Source: a virus. From it: a stretch of 64,000 bases of DNA. The stretch is taken from IMG/VR virus record IMGVR_UViG_3300013137_000011, positions 1-64,000 of that record, one strand, 5' to 3'. The position numbers were made by a program, and so were the translations under genes. The notes under the pieces are model-generated. The model made no database searches. It saw only the letters and a program-made list of their open reading frames with translations, and was not told the origin of the DNA. Each line of letters opens with the position of its first letter. Position 1 is the first letter of the stretch. Below are positions 19,207 through 29,724 of the stretch, piece by piece.

Positions 19207-19434
19207 ATGTTTATGTTTCCATATTTATTAAGTCTTGTCGGAAACGAAAACTTGGCCCACCAAGTCAATATGAAATTGTTATATCTTATAGGAATTTAAT
19301 CTCCTACCCAAAAACCAATCACACTATATCCAGTATGTTTGATGGTTCCTGGAATATTATTTTTTAACTATAAGGTTGTATTCGCTGCTATTGTTCAAAA
19401 ACCAAAATCTAAAATCATAGTTGTAAATAGATAG
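19207..19434 (+). pseudogene. paralog of the 18937 gene with an internal TAA
   Basis: Identical ATGTTTATGTTTCCATAT start; in-frame TAA at 19297-19299, frame then open to TAG at 19432-19434. Confidence 0.45.
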
Positions 19435-19445
19435 GAGAAATTAAG

Positions 19446-20246
19446 ATGCCTTTGGTTGGTATAATATGTAGTGTTGATGGATGTAACTGTTCCTTGGAAC
19501 ATTGTTTAGAATGTTCATTGAATAGAAAAAATAAATATTGTCATTTCTCATATCCAATACTTAAATCAATGTTTGAAAGATTAAGAATTGCTCCTAGAAC
19601 ATCTGTAACTACAATATTTGGATGTGCTAGACAATTTTATCTTCTTTCAACAAAGAAATATTATATGGATTTACAAAAGAACTTTAAGCCGTATTTTGGA
19701 CAAGTAATTCATAGTGAACTTGAAAGAAATAAAGAGTTTGATTCAGATGCTGAATTTTCAATGGAAATGATAAAAGATTATGCTCCTATGGGAGAAAATG
19801 TATTTAGATTTACAATAACAGGAACTTGTGATTCTATAAGAATATCTCATGACCTAATCAGAGATTGGAAATTCACAGAGAAAGTTCCGTATAATAAATA
19901 TCCCTGGCCTAAGCATACACTTCAGATAAATATGTATAGGTGGATGTTAATCCTACAAAATCCAAACGCAATAGGGATCAAAAATCTTGAACTATGCTAT
20001 ATAAGCCCCTCTGAGAGCAAAATATGCAGGGCTAAGGTTTCTGACCTAAACGACCTTGAGAAGGCTCTAGAGAAGTCCCTGGAGCCCTATTACTGGCTAT
20101 TCACGAAGGGGGTTGTTCCCGCTCCGAATGTGGAGAAAGAGGACAAGGTTTTATGCCCTTTTTGTCAGGTAGAAAAAGAATGTTATCAAGAATATCACAA
20201 TATAGCATCAGCAAAACAAGTAGATAATATACTTGGAGGACTCTAA
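19446..20246 (+). CDS. Cas4-like PD-(D/E)xK exonuclease
   Basis: SVT...GCARQ, ITGTCD...IRDWK, LQINMY, CPFC.....C. Confidence 0.85.
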   Translation: MPLVGIICSVDGCNCSLEHCLECSLNRKNKYCHFSYPILKSMFERLRIAPRTSVTTIFGCARQFYLLSTKKYYMDLQKNFKPYFGQVIHSELERNKEFDSDAEFSMEMIKDYAPMGENVFRFTITGTCDSIRISHDLIRDWKFTEKVPYNKYPWPKHTLQINMYRWMLILQNPNAIGIKNLELCYISPSESKICRAKVSDLNDLEKALEKSLEPYYWLFTKGVVPAPNVEKEDKVLCPFCQVEKECYQEYHNIASAKQVDNILGGL

Positions 20247-20598
20247 ATTAATGAGATATAATATTCCTGCTCCAAATGAACCAATTGAGGTTGATTCATT
20301 ATTTGCCAAAAAAGTAGGAATGACATCTGATAAATTTGCTCAAGAATGTATATTATTTTGGGATAACTCCACAAAAACAACAACAATAAATTTCATGTAT
20401 ATAGAGAAATATAACCGTGGAAAAGGATATTTTAGTGAACTAGTAAAAAATCTTGAGAAGATATCTAAAAGAATAGTTATAATTTGTCCAACAGGTATAA
20501 TGCAAAAGATAATGAAACCAAAAGGATATGGACCTATTTCCAGATCAAAATCAAAAGATTTAGAAAATTCAGTCTGGCATAAAATAGTTATGAGTTGA
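20233..20598 (+). CDS. GNAT-like acetyltransferase
   Basis: YIEKYNRGKGYFSELV resembles the acetyl-CoA binding motif A. Confidence 0.5.
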   Translation: MEDSKLMRYNIPAPNEPIEVDSLFAKKVGMTSDKFAQECILFWDNSTKTTTINFMYIEKYNRGKGYFSELVKNLEKISKRIVIICPTGIMQKIMKPKGYGPISRSKSKDLENSVWHKIVMS

Positions 20599-20918
20599 TA
20601 GATATGAATAATGCAAAAATTATATTTGATGTAAGAATAGAGCAACTAAAAAATTCTATAATAGGAAAATTAATAGAATTTGACGAGAAACAAGAAAATT
20701 CTATATCAATAGAATTGGAAAGACAAATAAAAAATTTCGATTATGTTGAATTTATTAAATCTGAAGTTAAAAAACAGATAAATATAGAATTACAAGAAGC
20801 AATAAAATCAACAGTAAAAAGATTGTTTTGGTCCGATGGATTTAGAAATGCTTTAGCAGATATAGTAGCAAAAGAATTAGCATCAGAACTTAAAGCATAT
20901 AAAGATAGAGGATATTAG
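20595..20918 (+). CDS. hypothetical helical protein
   Basis: ORF coupled to neighbours. Confidence 0.55.
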   Translation: MIDMNNAKIIFDVRIEQLKNSIIGKLIEFDEKQENSISIELERQIKNFDYVEFIKSEVKKQINIELQEAIKSTVKRLFWSDGFRNALADIVAKELASELKAYKDRGY

Positions 20919-20921
20919 TAG

Positions 20922-21752
20922 ATGAATATATTCAAGTATAAAACAGACAAAACATTCGTAAAATTCTTTAATTGCGACAGTTTTGATATTGCTCCTAAAA
21001 TTCCCAATGAGAGTATTGATATGGTATGTACTGATATACCATATGGAGAAACTTCAAAAGAAGGCAGAATGATGCTTCATAAGGATGGAGTAAAATTGAG
21101 TTCAAATATAATGGCTTCATATGATGTATTTAAAGATAAGGCAGAATTTGATAACTTTGTTATAAGATTTCTAAAACATGCATACAGATTGCTTAAAAAA
21201 TCAGGATCTATGTACGTTTGGATGGGAAGGGAGTATGCAGGATATTTCATAAGACTTGCAGAATCAATAACAAATAGACTAGACGATTCAGATAAAGATG
21301 GATCTGGATTTTATAGCCATAATGTAATTATATGGGAAAAAACAAATCCAGGATTTTCTCAATTTAAATCAGAATGGTTATCGGCATATGAAGCATGTGT
21401 ATATATGACTAAAGATTTCAAAAAACCTTTAGTATGGAATTGGCAAGGACACGATATTATGCAAAATGTATGGACAATAGGAAATGCATTTAAAAAGGAA
21501 ACAGAACATCCAAACGAAAAACCGATAGAATGTTTTTCTAGACCTATATTATCAAATACAAATCCTGGAGATGTCATTTGGGATCCATTTGCAGGATCTG
21601 GATCATGTCTTAGGGCCTGTGAAGTAACAGGAAGAAGTATTATTGCATCTGAAATAAAATCCGATTATTTCAAACAAGCCTGCAAAAGATTAGGTAAACC
21701 AACCAACGTAGGAAATTCGGCAGAATCCTTGCTTGATGATATGTTCGCATAA
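20922..21752 (+). CDS. N4-cytosine/N6-adenine DNA methyltransferase (beta class)
   Basis: TDIPY (DPPY variant), IIWEK, HPNEKP, DPFAGSGS. Confidence 0.9.
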   Translation: MNIFKYKTDKTFVKFFNCDSFDIAPKIPNESIDMVCTDIPYGETSKEGRMMLHKDGVKLSSNIMASYDVFKDKAEFDNFVIRFLKHAYRLLKKSGSMYVWMGREYAGYFIRLAESITNRLDDSDKDGSGFYSHNVIIWEKTNPGFSQFKSEWLSAYEACVYMTKDFKKPLVWNWQGHDIMQNVWTIGNAFKKETEHPNEKPIECFSRPILSNTNPGDVIWDPFAGSGSCLRACEVTGRSIIASEIKSDYFKQACKRLGKPTNVGNSAESLLDDMFA

Positions 21753-22013
21753 AAATATATCCTTGTATAAAATATATTATAAAGAGGAGGAAGTCATGTC
21801 TAGTGATAGTAAAGGAAACAAACTAGAAACTTGTGTTCATTGTAAAGGAAATGGATGTACATTTGATGGATACCAGAATGGAGATTGTCCGCAAAAGAAT
21901 TGTAAACATGTAGGATGCGAATATTTTTGCAAAAAGTGTATAGGAACTGGTGAAATATAAATATCAAAGATACTTTTATTTTCATAAAGGCAGAATTAGA
22001 GAGGAACAATATT

Positions 22014-22220
22014 ATGGTGTATGATTCAGGTGCAAATACTGGAGATCCTCCTGTAGATGATGGTAGAATCTATAGTTATAGTTATATTGATAAAGATATA
22101 AATACTAAATCCTTCAGGTTGACTAGTACTGGAAAATCGGTTAAGTGTAAATACTGCAAAACATATTACAAACCAAACAATTATTATAAATGTCCTAATT
22201 GTGGAGCAAGTGAACAATGA
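22014..22220 (+). CDS. small zinc-ribbon protein
   Basis: CKYC...CPNCGA. Confidence 0.55.
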   Translation: MVYDSGANTGDPPVDDGRIYSYSYIDKDINTKSFRLTSTGKSVKCKYCKTYYKPNNYYKCPNCGASEQ

Positions 22221-22726
22221 ATTTTATGGGATTTGATATTGGATGGAATCAAATAGCATTTTCAGTAATAGATGAAAATGAAAAACTAATCTATTATAAT
22301 ATGCATTGTTACGAAGAACCAATACTTCATAATATTTTTGAAAAATGCTTAAATCTTATAGATAGATTTAATCCTACAGTAGTAGGAGTGGAGTGTCCAT
22401 TTGGAAGAAATCCAAAAGCTCTAATCATGCTTTCAGAAGTTAAAGGATCGATAAGATTAGCATGTCAGGAAAGAGAACGAATCTGTGTAGACATGACTCC
22501 AAATCAAGCAAGAGCCATGACTGGAAAAATTGCAAATTCAGATAAAGATAGAAAGAAGAAAGTTATAGAAAATACAAATAGGTACTACAAAGAAAAGAAT
22601 AAAAACTTTCCGTGGTTTGATAAATTAGATACAGAAAACGAACATATAGCGGATTCGGTAAATGTAGCATTGTATACTCTTAACATAGCAAAAAAAGAAT
22701 TAGGAAGTATATTCAAATGTCAATAA
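22217..22726 (+). CDS. ruvC: RuvC-like Holliday junction resolvase
   Basis: MGFDIG, VGVE, L.EVKG.I, HIADS catalytic pattern. Confidence 0.8.
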   Translation: MNFMGFDIGWNQIAFSVIDENEKLIYYNMHCYEEPILHNIFEKCLNLIDRFNPTVVGVECPFGRNPKALIMLSEVKGSIRLACQERERICVDMTPNQARAMTGKIANSDKDRKKKVIENTNRYYKEKNKNFPWFDKLDTENEHIADSVNVALYTLNIAKKELGSIFKCQ

Positions 22727-23232
22727 TAAAAACAGATAAAAATGGAAATACTGTTTATGATGTCCATACTCACATAGATATGATAGACTTTATTAAAATA
22801 AATTTATTTTCAAAATCTTTAGAATTATCTCCAGGTAGATGTGCTAAATTTGTAGTAGAAATAGCAGTAGATATTTTTTATAGTAAAGGATATGAGGTTA
22901 TTGAAAAAGAGTTGTACGAACTATCTGAAAAGAGAGTTGGATATAAAAGTTTACATATAATATTATCAGAAGACTATCATAATAAACTTGGAAATATAGC
23001 AAATCTAATGAAATGCGGATTAGGAACTTGTATAAGAAAACTCATAAGATTATTATTTATAGTATATCCACTAAAATTTGTTAAGAGAAGATTAGATAAA
23101 ATAGATATTAGTAATGAAAGAATTATTAAGCCAAAAATATCTAAAAGATGGAGAAAATGGAGAAAACACGGAAAACCAATATACTCACACGAAATTAAAC
23201 CAAAGAGAGGACCTTATAAAACACATGAATAA
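22717..23232 (+). CDS. putative ribbon-helix-helix DNA-binding protein
   Basis: SLHIILSEDYHNKL..IA......GTCIR pattern; basic tail. Confidence 0.35.
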   Translation: MSIIKTDKNGNTVYDVHTHIDMIDFIKINLFSKSLELSPGRCAKFVVEIAVDIFYSKGYEVIEKELYELSEKRVGYKSLHIILSEDYHNKLGNIANLMKCGLGTCIRKLIRLLFIVYPLKFVKRRLDKIDISNERIIKPKISKRWRKWRKHGKPIYSHEIKPKRGPYKTHE

Positions 23233-23376
23233 TAGAATAGAAAAAGGACATATAACAATCAAAGGAAAAGAATATTTTGTTTTTGATTGTAGAGATAAAA
23301 TTGAAATGTTCGAGTTTCTAAAAATAGTCATAATGGTATGTGATAAATATAAATCTAGTTATAATTAGGAGATATA

Positions 23377-24564
23377 ATGATAATAGATTGCATAGATTTA
23401 AAAAACATTTGTAAAAACTTCGAGCCCTTATTTTCAAAGGCTGGAATATCACATCATCTTAGCAATATAAGAATATCTTATCTTCCAGATAAGAAAGTTG
23501 CTTTATTTGTATCAACAAATGGAAGTATATTCTGTAATGTAATGTTGAAAGTAGAATCAGAACCAAACGATGATAAATTTGACTTCTTAGTTGACGGATG
23601 TAAATTCGCAAATGCAATTTATTCTTCCAATTCTAATAATATATATATAAAGAGCAAAGGCCAATCTCTAATTGTGAACGACAAAGAGGCAAAATCTAAG
23701 TTCAAGTTTCAGACCATGCCTACCGATGTGTTCCCCGCTCCAATAATGAACAAGACAAATATTGAGCAATATAGCATAGATGTAAAAGAACTATATAAAA
23801 TAGTTTCAGCAATTGTTGATGTTGCTAATGACTCAAAAAAGTCTGATAATGTTAAACAGTTTGGAGTATTTCTTGAGTTCAAGAATAGTGGATTAAATGT
23901 ATTCAATATTTCTGGAATGAGATCATTTATAATATCTCCAGACATAGATACAGGTAATTCAAATGAGAATACAATTTGCTTCGATTCTAGAGAATTTCGT
24001 TATATTAAGCAGGTTGTTAGACTAAAAATACAACGTCAGGACGATAATACTAAGATAGTAATTTCAATCGACAAAAATATTGGAATAGTTTCTTTTAGGT
24101 TTTCTGATTCTGTGATATATCTTCGCAAACTGTCTCTAAGACTACCCAATATATATAATATATTAAATAAGAACCGTGACTGTTTACTAACTGTAGAGAA
24201 AGCAACATTCTCCGAACTTCTTAAAAAAGCCTCTCTAGTAGAAGACATTGAAGCAGGACAGTTTGTATTTATGTTTATAAAACAAGAAGACATTATAATC
24301 AGAGTAACCTCTAAACATGATTCAATAGACAGCATGTTTGATTCTGAGATGACAGCAACACAAAATAATGGCGAAAATTCATTCTTCATGTTTAATGCTT
24401 CTGCTCTTATGGATAGTATTTCTGTTATAAATGATCCATTTATTGAACTAAAAATACAATCACAAGCACAAGTACTAAATGGAGAGAGTATATATGGTTG
24501 GGAAATATCTGGAAAAGATAATAGAGAAGTAATTTTGATATTCACCCCAATGAGAGTAAAATAA
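23377..24564 (+). CDS. dnaN: DNA polymerase III beta sliding clamp-like protein
   Basis: 395 aa; STNG, FP.P, GVFLE, LPNIY, FNASALMD, C-terminal IFTPMR match the clamp pattern. Confidence 0.75.
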   Translation: MIIDCIDLKNICKNFEPLFSKAGISHHLSNIRISYLPDKKVALFVSTNGSIFCNVMLKVESEPNDDKFDFLVDGCKFANAIYSSNSNNIYIKSKGQSLIVNDKEAKSKFKFQTMPTDVFPAPIMNKTNIEQYSIDVKELYKIVSAIVDVANDSKKSDNVKQFGVFLEFKNSGLNVFNISGMRSFIISPDIDTGNSNENTICFDSREFRYIKQVVRLKIQRQDDNTKIVISIDKNIGIVSFRFSDSVIYLRKLSLRLPNIYNILNKNRDCLLTVEKATFSELLKKASLVEDIEAGQFVFMFIKQEDIIIRVTSKHDSIDSMFDSEMTATQNNGENSFFMFNASALMDSISVINDPFIELKIQSQAQVLNGESIYGWEISGKDNREVILIFTPMRVK

Positions 24565-24575
24565 AGGAGGACAAA

Positions 24576-24938
24576 ATGGGAAAATATACTGAAGACGTAA
24601 CAATCATTCCTTCTGTAGAAGGAGAGGGAGAGGAACTTAAATGGAAATTCACACTTGATCTCGATAATAGAAGTGTTGTTGCTTCTGAAGTAGCAAAATC
24701 TCCTGCATTGGGTGAACTTATCGGAAGAAGAGGATATCTTGCAAGCGATTTTTATGAAATGTCTAAAGATGCAATTATGGCAGCAAGCAGGTTTAATATG
24801 TTAATAGAGAAGCAGGATAGAGGTGGAATCAAGAGAGTAGTAAATAAAGATGATGATGGGTCTGTAAATTTTGTTAGAATAGATTATATAGACAAGCTTA
24901 GGCATGAAAATGATACAGAAAAACCTACAGCGGGTTAG
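24576..24938 (+). CDS. hypothetical protein
   Basis: AAGGAGG SD. Confidence 0.65.
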   Translation: MGKYTEDVTIIPSVEGEGEELKWKFTLDLDNRSVVASEVAKSPALGELIGRRGYLASDFYEMSKDAIMAASRFNMLIEKQDRGGIKRVVNKDDDGSVNFVRIDYIDKLRHENDTEKPTAG

Positions 24939-25392
24939 GAGGATAAAATAATGATAGATGAATCGAAAGTTATAGTCGCCTCCACAAAGAAAATACATGA
25001 TAAATATTTCAAGGGATATGCAACATTAGTTACGTCGTGTGGATTAAGACTTCATATTGGAGAATATGCATATACAGATAAAAATTTAACTTGTAAAAAC
25101 TGCATAAAAATAGTTAAAAAAGAAGGTAGAAAATAATGGCTAAAAAGAAAGAAGAAATATATGATAATATATCTCCACAAGTAAATCAAATAATGCTAAC
25201 ATGTGGACATTTTGTAAATAATAAGGATGTTATCAATGATAACTTGATGGGACAATCTGTAATATGTAAATCATGTGAAAAAACAAAATTTACCGTAGGA
25301 GTAATAGCAAAAGTAATAAAAGAAGATCAAAATACTGCAACAGTAGTACTAATATCAAAAATAATAAAACCACTTAGGAGGATATAGATAAA

Positions 25393-25890
25393 ATGGAACT
25401 AGATGATAGAATGTTAAACCATATAGCATTAATGGCTGCAGATAGAAAAATAACTGAACTTAGAAATGGAATAAAACTAGATGATAGAGATGAGTTTATG
25501 GTTGGAAATGTCTCCGTTGCAGATTTTAAATCTATAACAGTATCTATAAAAAGAAGTAACTATAAAAGGTTATGGCTATTCTCACAAAAGAAGGGAATAA
25601 CATTATCTGAGTTAATAGATTCTATAATTGATACATTTGATGAGGATAGATATATAAAAAGAAAACTAGTAGTTCCAATTAAAGCAAGAAAACCAAATGC
25701 TATAGATATTATAGCAAAGGTTATGTTAGATGAGGCTAAAAAACTTGCAAATTCTGGATATATATCTAATAATATATTCGTAGAGAAAAAGCTAGAAGAT
25801 GAGACAATAGATGATAGCGAATTATACGATGTATTAGATGATATTTACGAATCTGATCAAGATATAATGGGGGATCTCTGTGGAGACTAG
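25393..25890 (+). CDS. putative ribbon-helix-helix regulator
   Basis: SITVSIKRSNYKRL...SQKKGITLSELI. Confidence 0.45.
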   Translation: MELDDRMLNHIALMAADRKITELRNGIKLDDRDEFMVGNVSVADFKSITVSIKRSNYKRLWLFSQKKGITLSELIDSIIDTFDEDRYIKRKLVVPIKARKPNAIDIIAKVMLDEAKKLANSGYISNNIFVEKKLEDETIDDSELYDVLDDIYESDQDIMGDLCGD

Positions 25891-26331
25891 TAAATTTGTA
25901 GAAAAACTATTCAAAACGTCTACAAAATTATCTTCAATAATTTCTAATACAATAAAACATGTAGATTTTATAAGAATAGAAAGATCAAAAATAAAAACAA
26001 ATACAACAACAGATCATAATATACATAAATGTTTGGTAGAGATATTAGAATCTCTTGCTCTAATTAACATATGTATAGTAAAACTTATAAATAGAACATC
26101 TAGATTAGTAAAACTAGTTAGAACGGAGGAAAATAAAAATGGGTAAGATTGTTGGACTCAGGGAGTTAAAAGAAGTAAAAACTCTGAATATGTTTCATCT
26201 TGGAATTAATGGAAATGTTTATTTAGAAGAATTATTAATAAAAATAGAATTTCTTTTTGAAATAGCATTGAAAGATAAAGTAGATTTAGATGCTCGGTGG
26301 CCTAACGCTGAATAAGAAAGGAGGTGTAATT

Positions 26332-26616
26332 ATGGATTTCTTTAAGATGATGATTCCGTTCCTTCCCAAACTCAAGGGATTTGACTATGCAAGGGCAATG
26401 CCTTTTCTTCTTGATTCGTATTCAATCGTAACTAAAATCGATGCAAATCACGATGACGTTATCGATGGGAAGGAAAAACTCCAGGCTGCGAAGAATGAAC
26501 TTCTTGAGATTCTTGAGCATTATCCAGAAATTAAGGATAAGTTTGCACTAGATCCTGAGAAGACCGAGAAGTTTATTAATTCGCTCGTCGAAACACTGAA
26601 CATCATTGTTAAGTAG
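26332..26616 (+). CDS. small protein with an EF-hand-like loop
   Basis: DANHDDVIDGKE; perfect SD AAAGGAGGTG; GC-richer codons. Confidence 0.6.
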   Translation: MDFFKMMIPFLPKLKGFDYARAMPFLLDSYSIVTKIDANHDDVIDGKEKLQAAKNELLEILEHYPEIKDKFALDPEKTEKFINSLVETLNIIVK

Positions 26617-26622
26617 ATGATA

Positions 26623-26765
26623 AATTCTATGTGCCATCTCCATAAGAGGCTGAGAATAGTGGTAAGTCCTGTGCCAACGTGGAATAAACTAAAAGTGATT
26701 TTTACATCGCCAAAATCAACAAGTAAGTTTATCTGCAGGCATAAAGCAGGATGGCATATAGAATT
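26623..26765 (+). ncRNA. putative structured ncRNA
   Basis: 16-bp closing helix AATTCTATGTGCCATC/GATGGCATATAGAATT with nested stems. Confidence 0.55.
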
Positions 26766-27328
26766 GGAAAGGTTAACATGATAGAAATATATATAAGCAT
26801 TGTACTCTTATTTTTAATGATATTCATACCAGTAGAAATAATAATTAGGAGAAAAGATAATGAACAAAAAAGTAAAAGATAGTTGCTACTGGATTGTTGA
26901 AGGTCGTGGAACTTGTTCAGATTGTGGAAATATTGGATGCGAGAATAATATAAATCAAGAAGTATTAGATTCATTAAATGAAATTATGTTTTTAGAGCGA
27001 GAGGAATTTACTTAATGGATAAGATACCTGATAAATTTTGTATAATTTGCGGGAGAAAACTCACAGAAAATGATGTACTACCACTATGTAAAGAACATGA
27101 AATTCATAGACATGAAATCAATAAAATCATTGATGATAAACTCAGGGATATTCATAAACAAGCAAGAAACTTATATGGATTCTACAAAGAAGAAATTATG
27201 TAATACTTGTATGAATGAAATACAGGATGGAAAATATTTATATATAGGAGAATATAAAGAACCATATTGTTCAATACTATGTATAATAAATAAAGTTAGA
27301 GATATTAAACAAAAGGAGAATTAATATA

Positions 27329-27821
27329 ATGCTTTTTAATGAATATCAAAAATTAGCATTACGAACTGCAGGCAAATTAGAATCTTTTGAAGATAAAATT
27401 ATACGTTTCTTTAGCATCTAATGCTTTAGATGTTCCACTTGAAGATGTAGCAAAAATAAATATATATAAACTAAAGAAAAGATATCCAAATGGATTTGAA
27501 GTAGAAAAATCTATAAATAAAGAAGAACAATATGAGACTATAGATGAAAATAAATTAATTAATTATAAGGCCTGTAAATTTAAAATGATAACAGAAATAA
27601 TATTTGATAAACTTAAAAATATCATTTATATTAAATTTAATAATATAAATCCTATATATAATGGATTAAACAATATAATAATTCCAATTAAACCAACATA
27701 TAATCTTAAAAAATTATTTGAAAACAACAACAAAGAAAGTATATTGTTTGAATCAGAAATAGTTGATCGTAAGTTAATTCTAATAAAGGAGATAAATGAT
27801 AATGCCATCAGCAATATGTAA
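27329..27821 (+). pseudogene. internally deleted, frameshifted MazG-like NTP pyrophosphohydrolase
   Basis: MLFNEYQKLALRTA (27329-27421) then, in another frame, YV..ASNALDVPLEDVAKINIYKLKKRYPNGF; central acidic catalytic motifs missing. Confidence 0.7.
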
Positions 27822-28023
27822 AGGATGTGGAAGAGCAACTAATTCTACTGTATCTAACTACTGGTGGTGTGAACCTGATAAACGACCGACAGAATGTTAT
27901 TCTGCATATGTAGATGGAAAATGGGTGGAGGGATGTGCATATAATCGAATAACTGGATTTGATAAATATTTTGCAACAAAGCTGATAAATGAAGATAAAA
28001 CAAAGGAGAACAAAAATGTTTAA
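27796..28023 (+). CDS. small Cys/Trp-rich phage protein
   Basis: CKGCGRATNS...C...W..GC; AAGGAG SD. Confidence 0.6.
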   Translation: MIMPSAICKGCGRATNSTVSNYWWCEPDKRPTECYSAYVDGKWVEGCAYNRITGFDKYFATKLINEDKTKENKNV

Positions 28024-28333
28024 AGAAATTGCACAAGAACTTGGAGAACTTGTTGACAAGAAACAAGAGGCTTATGGAGATTCAATTACCGGATGTGGTG
28101 AGATTCTAAAGCAACTATGCAGACATTGGAAGAAAGAAGATGGTCTATATCATATTCCAGAGTCCTTACTTATTCATCTTGCTATGTTAGTTAGAATTAT
28201 AGATAAACTTTCTAGAATATCAAGCAATCCAAATTTTGACTTAATGGGAGAGAGTCCATATAGAGATATAGCCGGATATGGATTACTTGGATATAAGTTA
28301 ATGAATCAAGTAGATAATTCTAAAAAGGAGTAA
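28016..28333 (+). CDS. nucleotide-modification-associated (DUF1599/DUF6378-like) helical protein
   Basis: KKQEAYGDS, RIIDKLSRI, ESPYRDIAGYGLL. Confidence 0.6.
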   Translation: MFKEIAQELGELVDKKQEAYGDSITGCGEILKQLCRHWKKEDGLYHIPESLLIHLAMLVRIIDKLSRISSNPNFDLMGESPYRDIAGYGLLGYKLMNQVDNSKKE

Positions 28334-28341
28334 TTAGTTAC

Positions 28342-28589
28342 ATGTCATTTTCATATTATGATATAGGAACATATACTTCAAGAGATGTTGATAGAGATAA
28401 AATTTTAGAAAGATTTGAAGCATCAAAATTAGTATGTGATACTTGTGGATTTATGTTTATAACAAGATTTGACCTAAAAAAACCATAAAACGGTGTCCTT
28501 CTTGTCCAGATAAAAAAGGACTAATAGAGAGATTGTTTGAGATGTTTATGAAAGCAAAAGAGAACAATAATGATAATAGTAAAGGATGA
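28342..28589 (+). pseudogene. zinc-ribbon gene split by a frameshift at an A7 run
   Basis: CDTC in frame 0, CPSC in the -1 frame after CTAAAAAAAC. Confidence 0.55.
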
Positions 28590-28826
28590 TATAAATGAGT
28601 GAATTAGAAAATATATTAATTAAATCAAATTCTAATACTTTATATTATATCAATCTAATATATATAGCAAGCCATAATATATTTATAGTAGAATATGGAG
28701 AAGCCTATAGAGGTGATGAATACATCATGTTTGACAATTTAAAAGAAGCCGATGAATTTTATAATAACAGAAAATCAACATATAAAATAGATTCTCAAGA
28801 TGAAATATACAATCAGGAGGTTATAG

Positions 28827-29444
28827 ATGAAAATAGTTGAACAATCAGTAGAAATCTTGGATGAACTCGATGGTTTAGAGATTCTCCAAAAACTAGAACT
28901 ATGTGGAAGAACTGCATATAAAAGTGAAGATAAGATAACAGAAGGATCTTCTACAACATTCATAAAAAATATAATAAAACGTAAACATGAATCAGTACTA
29001 GAACATGTATCAATTTCAGTAAAATGTATAACTGATAGAGCAATATCTCATCAATTGGTAAGGCATAGAATCGCTTCATATACACAGGAAAGTCAAAGAT
29101 TTTGTAAATATAAAGATGGTATAATTGTAATTGATTCAGGTTTTGAAGAAGATACTAGAGAAAGAAATAGATGGTTATTACTTATTTCTCTAGCAGAAGA
29201 AATATATATTGAATATCTTGACAACGGAGTTTCTCCACAAAAAGCCAGAAAAATACTTCCTAACTGCACCAAAACAGAGATTATTATAACACAAAATTTA
29301 CGTCAATGGAGACACTTCTTTAATGTAAGATGTGCCAAAGACGCCGACCCAGATATGCAAGTACTGGCAAAAATGATATTAGAAAAATTCTTAAAAAAAA
29401 TTCCAGTCGTGTTTGATGATATTGAATATAGATTGAGAGAATAG
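28827..29444 (+). CDS. thyX: FAD-dependent thymidylate synthase
   Basis: HESVLEH, RAISHQLVRHRIASYTQESQR, AR.ILP, NLRQWRHF..VR. Confidence 0.97.
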   Translation: MKIVEQSVEILDELDGLEILQKLELCGRTAYKSEDKITEGSSTTFIKNIIKRKHESVLEHVSISVKCITDRAISHQLVRHRIASYTQESQRFCKYKDGIIVIDSGFEEDTRERNRWLLLISLAEEIYIEYLDNGVSPQKARKILPNCTKTEIIITQNLRQWRHFFNVRCAKDADPDMQVLAKMILEKFLKKIPVVFDDIEYRLRE

Positions 29445-29724
29445 TATGCTAAAAACATATTTTTATTATTAAACAATTAATAATGATGGAGGAGACATAA
29501 AAATGTATTATATAGCAAGTAAAATTACATCAATAACTAATAATGTAAAACCAGGTGATTATGTGATATATGGTGGAATTGATAATATCAAATCATGTTA
29601 TAATAATCTGCAAAAAGCAATTGAATCAATGAGGATTGCATTTTCTGAAAATGGAGATAAATTTAGAATATTCAAATTGGTTGAGGTTGATATTAATTTA
29701 GAGATAAAGGAGAAATTAATATAA

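Noticed and set aside
19446-20246. Cas4-like gene as part of a CRISPR-Cas system
   Set aside because: No other cas genes or array seen. Stand-alone Cas4-like nucleases are common in phage recombination modules.
23728-23741. GTGTTCCCCGC resembles the start of a type I-E CRISPR repeat; a similar word occurs near 20124
   Set aside because: Single short matches inside coding sequence with no repeat-spacer structure.
26627-26675. TPP riboswitch (GTGCC...GGCTGAGA)
   Set aside because: The pyrophosphate-binding arm consensus is missing, the segment is locked in a 16-bp helix, and no thiamine gene follows.
26623-26765. MITE with 16-bp terminal inverted repeats
   Set aside because: Single copy in the window, no target-site duplication and no transposase. 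The G-U pair and internal stems favour an RNA structure.
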